This document shows, piece after piece, positions 33,206 through 40,656 of a stretch of 47,355 nt of DNA. Below the pieces are notes generated by a model that was not told the origin of the DNA, did not search any database, and worked only from the letters and a program-made list of their open reading frames with translations. The stretch spans positions 1 to 47,355 of the IMG/VR virus record IMGVR_UViG_3300009678_000018; one strand, given 5' to 3'. Position 1 is the stretch's first letter; each line of letters starts with the position of its first letter. The position numbers and the translations under genes were made by a program. This DNA comes from a virus.

Positions 33206-33642
33206 CGCTCCGCAGCATTCGCGAGCCGTCCGTCGCCGGCGGCACGCTCGGCGCGCTGTACGTCAACGGCGTGTGGCGCTGCTGGCAGCTCGAGGACGAG
33301 ATCCGCGAGATTCCGGGGGTGCCGGTGTCGGAGTGGAAGATTCCCGGCCGGACCGCGATCCCCGCCGGCCGCTATCGCGTGCGCCTGACCTTCTCGCCGC
33401 GGTTCAATCGCGTCCTCCCCGAACTGCTCCACGTGCCCGGCTTCAGCGCGATCCGGATTCACGTCGGCAACCGGCCGGAGGATACCGAGGGCTGCGTGCT
33501 CGTCGGGCTGCGTCGCGCGGGCTCCGCGGTCGTCGCTGATTCGACGCGCGCACTCGCCCCGCTGCTCGAGGAGCTCGGCGCCGCGCAGGCGCGCGATGAG
33601 GAGATCTGGCACGTGATTGAAAATCCGTACGTCGGGGCGTAG
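33202..33642 (+). CDS. DUF5675-like protein (possible cell-wall-active enzyme)
   Basis: GGTLGALYVNG..CWQLED...IPAGRYRVRLTFSPRFNRVLPELLHVPGFSAIRIHVGN....GCVLVG matches my recollection of the DUF5675 pattern. The H...GC spacing is reminiscent of YkuD-type catalytic motifs. Confidence 0.5.
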   Translation: MTLRSIREPSVAGGTLGALYVNGVWRCWQLEDEIREIPGVPVSEWKIPGRTAIPAGRYRVRLTFSPRFNRVLPELLHVPGFSAIRIHVGNRPEDTEGCVLVGLRRAGSAVVADSTRALAPLLEELGAAQARDEEIWHVIENPYVGA

Positions 33643-33662
33643 ACTCTCGTCCTCTCGATCGC

Positions 33663-33680
33663 CAGGCAGGGCAAGCCAGA
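33663..33680 (+). repeat. 18-bp motif CAGGCAGGGCAAGCCAGA, copy 2 (12 nt upstream of GTG 33693)
   Basis: Identical to 4839-4856. It sits in the loop of the hairpin ctcgatcg (33654-61) / cgatcgag (33683-90). Confidence 0.85.
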
Positions 33681-33692
33681 AACGATCGAGCC

Positions 33693-35237
33693 GTGAATTA
33701 CGTCAGCGTGTGCCGCGGGCACTCGGTCATCACCGACGAGCTTAAGCGGCATCTCTTCATCGACGGCCAGCGGGTCGCGTGTCCCGCGGCGCCGACGCAG
33801 GTCGATATCGACGGCACATTCGGCGGCGACTGCCTCGTCGTGGCGAAGAGCCACGAGCCCGGCGACGCGTTCGTCGTCAACGCCGCGGGTCGATTCGCCT
33901 GGCTTGGCCCGTGCGCGCACATTCCCAAGATCGAGCGCCAGCTTAACGGTCGATATCTCGTCGCGTTCGTGACGTCGACGACGCACCTGCGGCTTGTCGA
34001 CGTGTCGCAGGCGTGCGAGATCCTCAAGCAAGACGACGTCGCGCTGCCACCGTACCGCATCGGGGCCTCTGGCGTGCTGGATGTGCAGGGCCGTGTCGTC
34101 ACGCTGCTCGATGACGAGATTTGGAACCCGGACGGCACGCCGAAGGCGGCGCCGGAGTTCGCGGGCGTCACAGGCCGCTACGTCACCCGTCGCGGGATGT
34201 GGACGGTGTTCCAGGGGCTCGAGGTGGGCGGCGTGCTGGCCTTCAGCCACCAGCGCGATCGCCTCTATCGCGTCAGCCACGCGCCGACCGTGCATCCGCC
34301 GCGCCTGGCACTCGCCGGCGCCGACCAACCGAACGCCGACGACTGCCTCGTCGGGATCAGCTTCGGCGTGGGCTTGCTCATCGGCTCCGACGACTTCGAG
34401 GCGTACGTGCCGGACGTCGTGACGCCGCCACCCCCGCCACCGCCACCACCACCCGAGGAGCTCATGATCAGCCAACAGGACGGCGAACGCATCGTCAACG
34501 AATTGCATCACGACTTTCCGCCGCCCAGGACCGTCGATGGCGCGTTCAACTTCGCGCGGCGCGTGGCAACCCGACTGAAAGTGGAAGGCGCGGGCATGTT
34601 CCTGAAGCCGGACTGCGCCGGCGAGAACATCGCGGTCTACAACGGCCGCGCGGAGCAGCTCGCGCGGTTCGCGGAGCGGTGTTTTCGGAGCTCGCGGATC
34701 ATCTTTCCGAGCGGGCACGTGGTGAAGGTGCTGACGGATGTGCCGACCACGAACGGCCCGTCGTGGCAGGTCGCGCACGAACCGGAGAATCTACAGTTCC
34801 GCGTCGACGCGATCGCGCCGGACGACGCACCAGGTGAGCCGGACCAGCCGCCTCCCCCGCCAGACGGCGCTCTCGAGATCCGCGTCGCGAACCTCGAGCG
34901 CCATCTGCGCGAGACCGACGTCGCGTTCACCGCTGTCCTCGAGAACGTCAAAGGCGATCTTCGCAAGGTGTCGGAACGGGTGAGCACGCTCGAAGGCCGA
35001 CCGCCTGGCGGCGACACCTCCGCGCTCGAGGGACGCATCGAAGCACTCGAGGGCCAGCTCGCGCGCGGCTTCAAGGGCCGCGTCGGCGCTGTCAGCATCG
35101 CGGGGCTCAACCGCACGCTCGAGGTCACCGTCACGCCGAATATGGCGGGCATCGTCGACGACGTCGACCTGCCGGAAGACGAGATGACCGTCGACGAGTT
35201 CATTCGGAAGCTACGCCGCGCCGGGAAGGGAAACTGA
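33693..35237 (+). CDS. Hypothetical 514-aa multidomain protein with a Pro10 linker and a C-terminal coiled coil
   Basis: GTG start. PPPPPPPPPP is encoded at about 34424-34453. C-terminal LEGR-type heptads. No family recognised. Confidence 0.5.
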   Translation: MNYVSVCRGHSVITDELKRHLFIDGQRVACPAAPTQVDIDGTFGGDCLVVAKSHEPGDAFVVNAAGRFAWLGPCAHIPKIERQLNGRYLVAFVTSTTHLRLVDVSQACEILKQDDVALPPYRIGASGVLDVQGRVVTLLDDEIWNPDGTPKAAPEFAGVTGRYVTRRGMWTVFQGLEVGGVLAFSHQRDRLYRVSHAPTVHPPRLALAGADQPNADDCLVGISFGVGLLIGSDDFEAYVPDVVTPPPPPPPPPPEELMISQQDGERIVNELHHDFPPPRTVDGAFNFARRVATRLKVEGAGMFLKPDCAGENIAVYNGRAEQLARFAERCFRSSRIIFPSGHVVKVLTDVPTTNGPSWQVAHEPENLQFRVDAIAPDDAPGEPDQPPPPPDGALEIRVANLERHLRETDVAFTAVLENVKGDLRKVSERVSTLEGRPPGGDTSALEGRIEALEGQLARGFKGRVGAVSIAGLNRTLEVTVTPNMAGIVDDVDLPEDEMTVDEFIRKLRRAGKGN

Positions 35238-35238
35238 C

Positions 35239-35643
35239 ATGGAAGGATTATTCGAGTGGCTCGCGCCCGCACTCGCGCCCGTGCGCGACGTCGTCGTCAC
35301 GCTCCTCGTCGGTGTCCTCGTGGCGCTCGCGGTCAAGGGGCTCCGACGGCTGGGCCTCGACGTCGAAGTCAAACAGGAGCAGCAGCTCGGCGCCCTCGCG
35401 CGCCAGGCCGTGCTCTACGTCGAGGAGATCGCGGCGCAGCAGCTCAAGAAGCAGATGCGCACCTGGTCGCCCGATGAAAAGCTCGCGCGTGCCATGCAGG
35501 TCGTGCAAGACAAGTTGCCGAAGGCCGACGCCGGCGACGTCCGACGAGCCGTGCATGCGGCGCTGCCTGACGTGAACGCCGGCGCGACCGTCGTCGTCAA
35601 CGCCGTCGTCACGCCGGCGGCGCGACCGCCGTACGGGATCTGA
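35239..35643 (+). CDS. Putative holin (LL-H-like topology)
   Basis: N-terminal TM segment VVVTLLVGVLVALAV, followed by a charged helical region (QAVLYVEEIAAQQLKKQ...KLARAMQVVQDKLPKA). Confidence 0.45.
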   Translation: MEGLFEWLAPALAPVRDVVVTLLVGVLVALAVKGLRRLGLDVEVKQEQQLGALARQAVLYVEEIAAQQLKKQMRTWSPDEKLARAMQVVQDKLPKADAGDVRRAVHAALPDVNAGATVVVNAVVTPAARPPYGI

Positions 35644-35978
35644 TGGGCCTCATTGACACCTTCCTCCGATGTCTCGAGCTCCTGCTCAAGATCGTGCTGC
35701 TGGCGATGGAAGGCCAGCCGATCGCGATCCGCGAGAAGATGTGGGAACGGTACGACCGGATTATGAGCTGGCTCGAGAAGACGTTCGGCGGCTTCCTCGT
35801 CGACCCGCCCCCGGATTCGGCGAGGGCGCGGCGGTCTTGGTGGACGCGTTTCTCGCGGCGCGCCGCGGCGTCGTCGTCACGACGGCGCCGGTCATCCCGT
35901 CGCACCTCGAGGCGGTCACGTGGGCGTTCTCCTGCGGCTGCGGCCGCCGCTGGACGGCGATCGCGAGCGCGACCCTGA
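35643..35978 (+). CDS. Small hydrophobic N-terminal ORF. Only about the first 55 codons look coding.
   Basis: TGATG junction. MGLIDTFLRCLELLLKIVLLAMEGQ...EKTFGGFLVDPP looks real. After the C5 run at 35808-35812 the frame becomes Arg/Ser-rich and the high-GC3 signal moves to the -1 frame. Confidence 0.35.
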   Translation: MGLIDTFLRCLELLLKIVLLAMEGQPIAIREKMWERYDRIMSWLEKTFGGFLVDPPPDSARARRSWWTRFSRRAAASSSRRRRSSRRTSRRSRGRSPAAAAAAGRRSRARP

Positions 35979-36106
35979 CGGACTGCCAGATCACCCCGCC
36001 ACGGCGCGAGTGCCGCGGGCGGCGCGATCTGCCCACGACCGACCCGCGATATGACGCCGAGGATTACGGGTGCGGCCGGTGGTCGGCGGGTTTTCGCGGC
36101 GTGTAA
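35840..36106 (+). CDS. Cys-rich hypothetical protein (or the C-terminal part of a frameshifted 35643 gene)
   Basis: The frame of track ORF 35669..36106 has about 90 percent GC3 from about 35801. The first usable start is GTG 35840. Translation is ...VTWAFSCGCGRRW...DCQITPPRRECRG...DYGCGRW. Confidence 0.4.
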   Translation: MDAFLAARRGVVVTTAPVIPSHLEAVTWAFSCGCGRRWTAIASATLTDCQITPPRRECRGRRDLPTTDPRYDAEDYGCGRWSAGFRGV

Positions 36107-36125
36107 AGCCCGTGCGGTGTCGGCA

Positions 36126-36163
36126 GGGGGTCGTGCGGGGTTTGGCGGGGTTCCGCGGGGTCC
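36126..36163 (+). repeat. Second 10-bp-phased G-run array (GGGTCGTGCG GGGTTTGGCG GGGTTCCGCG GGGTCC)
   Basis: G-runs at 36126-30, 36137-40, 36147-50 and 36157-60. Phase, copy number and consensus GGGTYNNGCG are the same as in the array at 4375-4410. Confidence 0.85.
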
Positions 36164-36243
36164 AACAGTGACACGCAAATTGCATTTTGGCGCGATTGGG
36201 CTGATAGGCCGATTGCCAGTAACCCATACGTGCGAAAGGGCTT

Positions 36244-36287
36244 TGGACGGCGCGAGGCTCGAACTCGCGACCTCCGCGTTGCGAACG
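36244..36287 (-). other. attP: attP core: 3' portion of a tRNA-Ala(CGC) gene (anticodon loop to discriminator)
   Basis: The reverse strand reads cg ttCGCaa cgcgg aggtc gcgag ttcgagc ctcgc gccgtcc a. It has an intact T-arm, U70 (partner of G3), A73 and anticodon loop UUCGCAA. The 5' half of the tRNA is absent. It lies 9 nt from the integrase stop. Confidence 0.7.
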
Positions 36288-36295
36288 GCCAGACG

Positions 36296-37402
36296 TCACG
36301 ATTGCCTCGATTTCTGACGGGTCTTTCTCGACTGTAAAGCCCGCGGCACGGCGACCCCCTCGCCAATCCGCTCCACGGCCGCCACTTTGGCGGCATCGGC
36401 CGGATGCACGTAGCGCTCGAGCATGCGCAGCGAGCTCCACCCGCCGAGGACCTGCAACGTCCGCAGATCGACCCCCGCCTCCATCAACCGCGTCGCGCCG
36501 GTGTGGCGTAATCCGTGGAAGGTGATCCCGCCCGCCAGGCGGCCGTAGGCGAGGCGCGCACGCGTGCACCCGTCCTCCAGCATCTGTTTCAGGGAATTCG
36601 TCTGCAGGCGGGGCGTCGAGGCTTTCCGCCGATGCGCAAAGATGTACCGGCCGCGGCGTCGGAGCCTGTCGAGGGCCGCGCGCAGCCGCGACGAAATCGG
36701 CACGCGGTACGCGGTCCCTGTCTTCGGCTGCACGACGGTCAGGTACGTCCCGTGGTCATGCGCCCACTCGAGCCGCAGCAGGTCGCCGGCGCGCATCAAC
36801 GTGTCGAGCGCGGCGATCACGAGCACTTGGTCGCGCCGTTCGAGGACGGCGAGCAGCCGCGTTTCATCGTCGCGCGACAGCACGGCGGGCTCGCGCGTCG
36901 GCGCCGCCGGCAGCCGCTTCAACCCCTCGAGCGGATTGCGCGCGAGGTACGTCGGCACCGCTTCGCCGAGCGCGTGCTTGAGCACGTCGACCTCGCGATT
37001 GACGGTGGCGGCCGCGACCTGGCCGCGGCGCATCGTGCGCCATTCGAGCACACGTTCGCGCGTGAGTTCGGCGAGCGGCCACTTCCCCACGCCCGCGCGC
37101 AGCGCGGCGAGGATCTCACGCTCGCGCGCGGCGCCGCGCTTGTGCGTGGTGACGTGCTGCTCATACCACGCGAGAAACGCCGACGTCTGGATCGTCGGCT
37201 TCGGGCCGGCGCCGGCGAGCCCGAGTACGCGCTCGGCCTGGCTTTGCCGAAACAGGGTCTCGGCCGACGCCTTCAGCTTGAGCCGTTGCGTGGCGGTGTC
37301 CGCGTCGTGATGAATCTTCGTGCTCTGTTGGACGACCGGCCGGCCGGGTGGCGTGAGCGTCATCCACCAATAGGGTGAACCGCTCCGGCGATAGATGCCC
37401 AT
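36296..37402 (-). CDS. int: Tyrosine recombinase / phage integrase
   Basis: Start at MGIYRRSGSPYWW (ATG 37402, ATGA overlap with the upstream gene). C-terminal HGLRHTGATRL...LGGWSSLRMLERYVH supplies the R-H-R-Y catalytic signature. Confidence 0.9.
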   Translation of the reverse strand: MGIYRRSGSPYWWMTLTPPGRPVVQQSTKIHHDADTATQRLKLKASAETLFRQSQAERVLGLAGAGPKPTIQTSAFLAWYEQHVTTHKRGAAREREILAALRAGVGKWPLAELTRERVLEWRTMRRGQVAAATVNREVDVLKHALGEAVPTYLARNPLEGLKRLPAAPTREPAVLSRDDETRLLAVLERRDQVLVIAALDTLMRAGDLLRLEWAHDHGTYLTVVQPKTGTAYRVPISSRLRAALDRLRRRGRYIFAHRRKASTPRLQTNSLKQMLEDGCTRARLAYGRLAGGITFHGLRHTGATRLMEAGVDLRTLQVLGGWSSLRMLERYVHPADAAKVAAVERIGEGVAVPRALQSRKTRQKSRQS

Positions 37403-37584
37403 CAACCCTTGCGGGCGAGCTTCACAGCGATGATCAGCCCCACGAGGATCGGTAGCCAGCGGACCACTCGTCGCACCACCGTCCGGGCCGCATCTGCATC
37501 GTCCTGGGTTGCCCAAACGATAACGCCGCTGACAAGAAGGCCAACGAGCACGCCAGGTATCCAGACACGCGGATTTAGGGTCAC
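37402..37584 (-). CDS. Small two-TM membrane protein translationally coupled to int
   Basis: GTG 37584 is preceded by GAGAGGTGA. Translation is VTLNPRVWIPGVLVGLLVSGVIVW...WLPILVGLIIAVKL. The track ORF extends to 37632. Confidence 0.45.
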   Translation of the reverse strand: MTLNPRVWIPGVLVGLLVSGVIVWATQDDADAARTVVRRVVRWLPILVGLIIAVKLARKG

Positions 37585-37713
37585 AGCTTCACCTCTCTCG
37601 TCGGAACGCGAGGTACAGGCGTCCGCAGACACACGGCGATCGCCTGGGACACTCCGCGCATGTCGTTCCCGGCACAGGTGGCCCGGCGACGCTGGGGAGA
37701 CCGCAGCGGACCA

Positions 37714-38067
37714 TCATGAGCTTGCGCGTCGAACCTTGCCGGGGCGCGGTTCCCGGAGTGCCTTCGGTGGCGACTCGGTCGCGTCGTCGTGCGTTGTCGC
37801 CCACTCCTGCCGTTCGATCGCCAGGAGGTCAACGAGCTCCTGTACCGTGACGTTGCCGTAGAGGCGGGCAAGCCGCCAGAGCACCGCGGGATCGGGAAAC
37901 TGAACGCGGCCCGCCTCGTAGCGCGAGAGTTGCGCCTGGCTGAAGCCGTTGAAGATCGGCCCTGTTTGGATCACTTTCGCGACAACCTGCCCCATCGTGA
38001 ATCCGCGGTCTTCACGGGCGCGGGCGAGACGTGCCCCGAACTTTGGAGTAATGACCGGCCGCGCCAT
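37714..38067 (-). CDS. CI-like repressor (XRE-family HTH, no S24 peptidase domain)
   Basis: ARLARAREDRGFTMGQVVAKV...FSQAQLSRYEAGRVQFPDPAVLWRLARLYG is a typical HTH_3 pattern. It is divergent from a Cro-like gene. Alternative ATG at 38097. Confidence 0.7.
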   Translation of the reverse strand: MARPVITPKFGARLARAREDRGFTMGQVVAKVIQTGPIFNGFSQAQLSRYEAGRVQFPDPAVLWRLARLYGNVTVQELVDLLAIERQEWATTHDDATESPPKALREPRPGKVRRASS

Positions 38068-38161
38068 GCCCCCACAGCTTAAAGCCTGAAGCGCCATGAT
38101 GGCTGACTGCGGCTGAAAAAGACTTGACTTGGAATCTGGTTTAAGAATATGGTTTTTTGTC
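38068..38161. promoter_or_regulatory. Divergent immunity promoter/operator region
   Basis: AT-rich gap between divergent HTH genes. TTGACT (38124-38129), 18 nt, TATGGT faces the Cro-like gene. Confidence 0.45.
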
Positions 38162-38389
38162 ATGGGCGTTCGGTACAACACAGATCGCATGGAAGCCGAC
38201 GCGAAATCCCTCGGCTATTCAGACACCGAGCTCGCGAGCGTCGCTGGCATCGCACAGGTCACCGTCTCGCGAATCTTCCGCGGTCAACAGCCCGCGCCAC
38301 GCACCGCCAAGAAGATCGCCAGCGCGCTCGGCAAGCAACTCCGACGCTACGTCGTCACTGAAACCGAACCACCGGCGGTCTCCCAATGA
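38162..38389 (+). CDS. Cro-like XRE-family HTH regulator
   Basis: LGYSDTELASVAGIAQVTVSRIFRGQQ. 75 aa. Divergent from the CI-like gene. Confidence 0.65.
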   Translation: MGVRYNTDRMEADAKSLGYSDTELASVAGIAQVTVSRIFRGQQPAPRTAKKIASALGKQLRRYVVTETEPPAVSQ

Positions 38390-38649
38390 GCCGCCATCAG
38401 GGCGAGACCGTGGCGGCGACGGAGTTCAACATCGAGGTCCTCGCGAAGCAGGTCTATCTCAGCTCGGCCGAGGCCGCGTTCTACATCGGGTATCGCGCGC
38501 CGGACTACCCGAACCCACGGAAGGCCTTCATGAAGGCCGTGGCGCGCATCAGCGAGCTCTACCTCGCCAAGGGCTACTGGGGCACCCGCTTACGGTTTCG
38601 TCGGTCCGATCTGGATCGCTACATCCAACACGGAGGGCGGCAACAGTGA
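38386..38649 (+). CDS. Excisionase/AlpA-like HTH protein (putative)
   Basis: ATGA overlap. VYLSSAEAAFYIGY...RLRFRRSDLDRYI resembles the HTH_17/excisionase family. Confidence 0.45.
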   Translation: MSRHQGETVAATEFNIEVLAKQVYLSSAEAAFYIGYRAPDYPNPRKAFMKAVARISELYLAKGYWGTRLRFRRSDLDRYIQHGGRQQ

Positions 38650-38677
38650 CCCTGTCCTTTCCGGCAAGGCAACGCCA

Positions 38678-38699
38678 ATCAGTTGCCGATCAGTTGCCG
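38678..38699 (+). repeat. Perfect tandem duplication of the 11-bp unit ATCAGTTGCCG
   Basis: atcagttgccg (38678-88) atcagttgccg (38689-99), in the gap between the stop at 38649 and ATG 38721. Confidence 0.85.
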
Positions 38700-38720
38700 G
38701 TCAAGGCGCGGCCGGCGCGG

Positions 38721-39074
38721 ATGCGCGTCTCGGTTGTGCGCTGCGTGCTGCGCGCGCTCGTGCGCACCGGCCTCTCGCAGGGCGAGCTCGCCGACGTGCT
38801 GAAGATGTCGCCGTCGCAGTGGGCGAAACAAAAAGCCGGCGCCGCCGGCAACGTGCTCAGCCTGCAGCGCCTCGACCTCGAGCTGCCGGCCGACATCCAC
38901 GCCGTCTTCGTCGACGCGCTCGTCGACGAGCTCGCGCGCGCGCTCGGCAAGCGGGTCGTCGCGCCCGCCGGGCACCTGCTGCAGGTCGCGAACGCGCTGC
39001 GCGCGACGAGTGACGCGCTCGAGTCCATCGCCGGCGGCCCGCAGCCGTCGCTCTTCGAGGAGACCGGCTCATGA
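38721..39074 (+). CDS. HTH regulatory protein (CII-like position)
   Basis: MRVSVVRCVLRALVRTGLSQGELADVLKMSPSQWAKQKAG. Alternative GTG start at 38646 (GTGA overlap). Confidence 0.5.
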   Translation: MRVSVVRCVLRALVRTGLSQGELADVLKMSPSQWAKQKAGAAGNVLSLQRLDLELPADIHAVFVDALVDELARALGKRVVAPAGHLLQVANALRATSDALESIAGGPQPSLFEETGS

Positions 39075-39289
39075 GCGATCCCACCGAAGCACGCGTCTGG
39101 GGGCCGTGGGTGTTTCTCTTGGTCGTGTTCGTGCTGGCGCTCGGCGCCGTCGCGATCGCGCTCGACCTCGTGTTCGGTCGATCGGTCAAGCGGACCACCG
39201 ACGCGCTCTCGCAGAAACAACTTCAGAAATACCGCGACGACGAACCCGTCGACGCGTTGGTCATTCGTCAGCTCAGAGGGAGGAAGTAA
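39071..39289 (+). CDS. Small single-pass membrane protein
   Basis: ATGA overlap. TM segment WGPWVFLLVVFVLALGAVAIALDLVF. Confidence 0.5.
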   Translation: MSDPTEARVWGPWVFLLVVFVLALGAVAIALDLVFGRSVKRTTDALSQKQLQKYRDDEPVDALVIRQLRGRK

Positions 39290-39633
39290 TGTCAGTGAAT
39301 TTCGGAAGTGCGAACGGCAGCAGTCCCTTGGCCGGAAACTCACGCGACGGTCTTGAGGCTCAGGCCAGTCAGACCAAGTCGAACCGGCTCGAGGATGCCG
39401 TCGCGCGGCTCAACTCAGAGATCGAGACCCTTGAGCAGGGGTTCAACCTCCTCGAACAACGGCTCGGCTGCGCCGTGCTTCGTCCGTCCACACCAGCGCC
39501 GGCCGCGACTGCTGGAAGCGCGCAGGTTTCCTCGGCCGCGAGTCCACTGACCGAGCACGTGCGCCGCCAGGCGATCGCGGTCGGGCAACTCAATCACCGG
39601 CTCGGGTCGATTTTCGACCGGCTTGATCTCTAA
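39289..39633 (+). CDS. Hypothetical coiled-coil protein
   Basis: GAGGGAGGAAG precedes ATG 39289. 114 aa. Confidence 0.5.
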   Translation: MSVNFGSANGSSPLAGNSRDGLEAQASQTKSNRLEDAVARLNSEIETLEQGFNLLEQRLGCAVLRPSTPAPAATAGSAQVSSAASPLTEHVRRQAIAVGQLNHRLGSIFDRLDL

Positions 39634-39641
39634 ACAACAGA

Positions 39642-39670
39642 GGGCCGCGCTGCTTAGAACAGCGCGGCCC
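39642..39670 (+). terminator. Stem-loop with an 11-bp perfect stem
   Basis: gggccgcgctg (39642-52) cttagaa cagcgcggccc (39660-70), between an early gene and the replication block. Confidence 0.5.
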
Positions 39671-39693
39671 GCACCCCACAAGGAGAAACGAAC

Positions 39694-40656
39694 GTGCAGA
39701 CACATCCTACACCAACCCCGCCGCTGGCCGCGAAGCGCGTCGTCGCGATCGGCGTGCATGTGCAGCCGGCCTCGCGCCGGCTGTGCGATCGCGCGCTCGC
39801 CGAATTCCGCGCGGGGCTCGGCGCCGCCGCGGCCGCGAACGGCCGGGACCAACTCGACTTCGAGATCACCACGGTCGACGGCAAGACGCGTCGACTGATT
39901 CTCGAAGTCGATCAACCCTCGGTCTTCATCGTGCGCACGCGCGACCACGCGATCGCGCACGCCTACGTCGCCATCGACCGGCACACGCGCGGCCTGGCCG
40001 CCGAGATCGCGAACATCTACGGGCTGCGGTTTGACCGCGAGGGCGAGAGCCTCTACGCCGACACCACGCATTGGGCCGACGTCGCCGATCTCGTGTGGCG
40101 CGCGCTGCAGGGCTGTCTCGCGATCCTCGCCGCGGCCGACTGGCTGCCATCGACACCGGCGTCGACGCGGACGGATTGCTCGATGGCGCAGGCGCTCACC
40201 GCGTCGCTCGAGGCGCGCGCGCTGGTCGTCGCCGGCGAACTGCTCGGCGCGTGCGAGCGCCAAGTGCCCGAGGACGTCGGGCCCGCGTGGCATCGACTGC
40301 GCCGCGCGATCGGTCTCGCGCCGCAGCTCGCGGCCGCTGAGAACCTCCCGGACGTCAAGTTCGGGATGAAGTCTCGGACGGCCTACGAAATCACCGCACG
40401 CGTCGTCTCGGCGGCGCTGCGCAACGCCGACGCGATCGACGCGCTCCGGCACTGGCGCGACGTCGAGGCCGCGGTCCGCGCGCTCTGTGAGACCGAGCGG
40501 CGGTATCACCAGGCGAACGCCAACGCCGCGCGCGACGCCGATCCCGACACCGATCACCCCTGGCCCGACGTCGAGCGCGCGGAGCGCCTCGTGCGCCACG
40601 AGGGCCAGGCCGCCTACTTCACCCCGTTTGCGCTCGGACAGGAGGTCCAGCGATGA
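39694..40656 (+). CDS. Hypothetical protein (320 aa)
   Basis: AAGGAGA precedes GTG 39694. No family recognised. Confidence 0.55.
   Translation: MQTHPTPTPPLAAKRVVAIGVHVQPASRRLCDRALAEFRAGLGAAAAANGRDQLDFEITTVDGKTRRLILEVDQPSVFIVRTRDHAIAHAYVAIDRHTRGLAAEIANIYGLRFDREGESLYADTTHWADVADLVWRALQGCLAILAAADWLPSTPASTRTDCSMAQALTASLEARALVVAGELLGACERQVPEDVGPAWHRLRRAIGLAPQLAAAENLPDVKFGMKSRTAYEITARVVSAALRNADAIDALRHWRDVEAAVRALCETERRYHQANANAARDADPDTDHPWPDVERAERLVRHEGQAAYFTPFALGQEVQR

Noticed and set aside
34424-34453. Pro10-coding tract, and the Gly-run at about 23540-23565, considered as hypervariable or slippage-prone repeats.
   Set aside because: The codons are mixed (ccg/cca/ccc), so the DNA is not a simple repeat. 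They are interpreted as ordinary interdomain linkers.
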